The translations under genes and the position numbers were made by a program. A stretch of 60,908 bases of DNA from a virus (lineage: Duplodnaviria > Heunggongvirae > Uroviricota > Caudoviricetes). Under the pieces are notes generated by a model, which saw only the letters and a program-made list of their open reading frames with translations, had not been told where the DNA came from and did not search any database. The stretch's first letter is position 1; every line of letters starts with the position of its first letter. The stretch lies in the IMG/VR virus record IMGVR_UViG_3300027734_000034. One strand, 5' to 3'. Shown here piece after piece: positions 60,801-60,908 of the stretch.

Positions 60801-60908
60801 TCTGTAACTTCCTCCTTAGATGTTACATTACTTATCACACTTTTAGTTTTTCCTGTATATTCAAGCATTACTTTATCTAGTATGCCGTCTTTGTTAGCTT
60901 CCCAACCT
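60797..60908 (-). CDS. 3' end of a gene entering from the right edge (possibly RecA/UvsX-like by context)
   Basis: Open frame GWEANKDGILDKVMLEY...EEVTE* overlapping the next ATG; identity inferred only from proximity to uvsY. Confidence 0.35.
   Translation of the reverse strand, partial: GWEANKDGILDKVMLEYTGKTKSVISNVTSKEEVTE

Overview
This is a 61-kb segment of a large lytic T4-like (jumbo-type) myophage genome. It is AT-rich, uses the standard genetic code and is mostly on the minus strand. Contents from left to right: (1) 1-16.5 kb, collagen-like (Gly-Ala-Thr) fibres, fibre chaperones, baseplate/fibre proteins and a GH19 lysin; (2) 16.5-44 kb, head-associated proteins, gp4-like head-completion nuclease, tail tube plus a paralog, an enlarged tail sheath, neck/tail-completion proteins, dNMP kinase, MazG, Nudix, a PD-(D/E)XK exonuclease and IscA; (3) 44-55 kb, replication genes (gp41-like helicase, primase, a 203-aa mini-DnaE coupled to a DEDD exonuclease, gp62-like protein, UvsW) interrupted by a tandem array of ten small paralogous genes; (4) 55-61 kb, an early region of small genes, each cassette behind a near-identical sigma70-consensus promoter repeat, then UvsY. 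The most unusual signals are these. In the early array, 9 of 9 promoter -35 boxes (TTGACA) supply the TGA stop of the reading frame that precedes them. The ten paralogs ending in F-x-L-R-W are chained head to tail. The mini C-family polymerase keeps all three catalytic-aspartate motifs. Late genes are preceded by a GATAAATA variant of the T4 late promoter. No tRNA, rRNA, CRISPR array, integrase or reverse transcriptase was seen. All product calls come from motif recognition by eye; no database searches were run.
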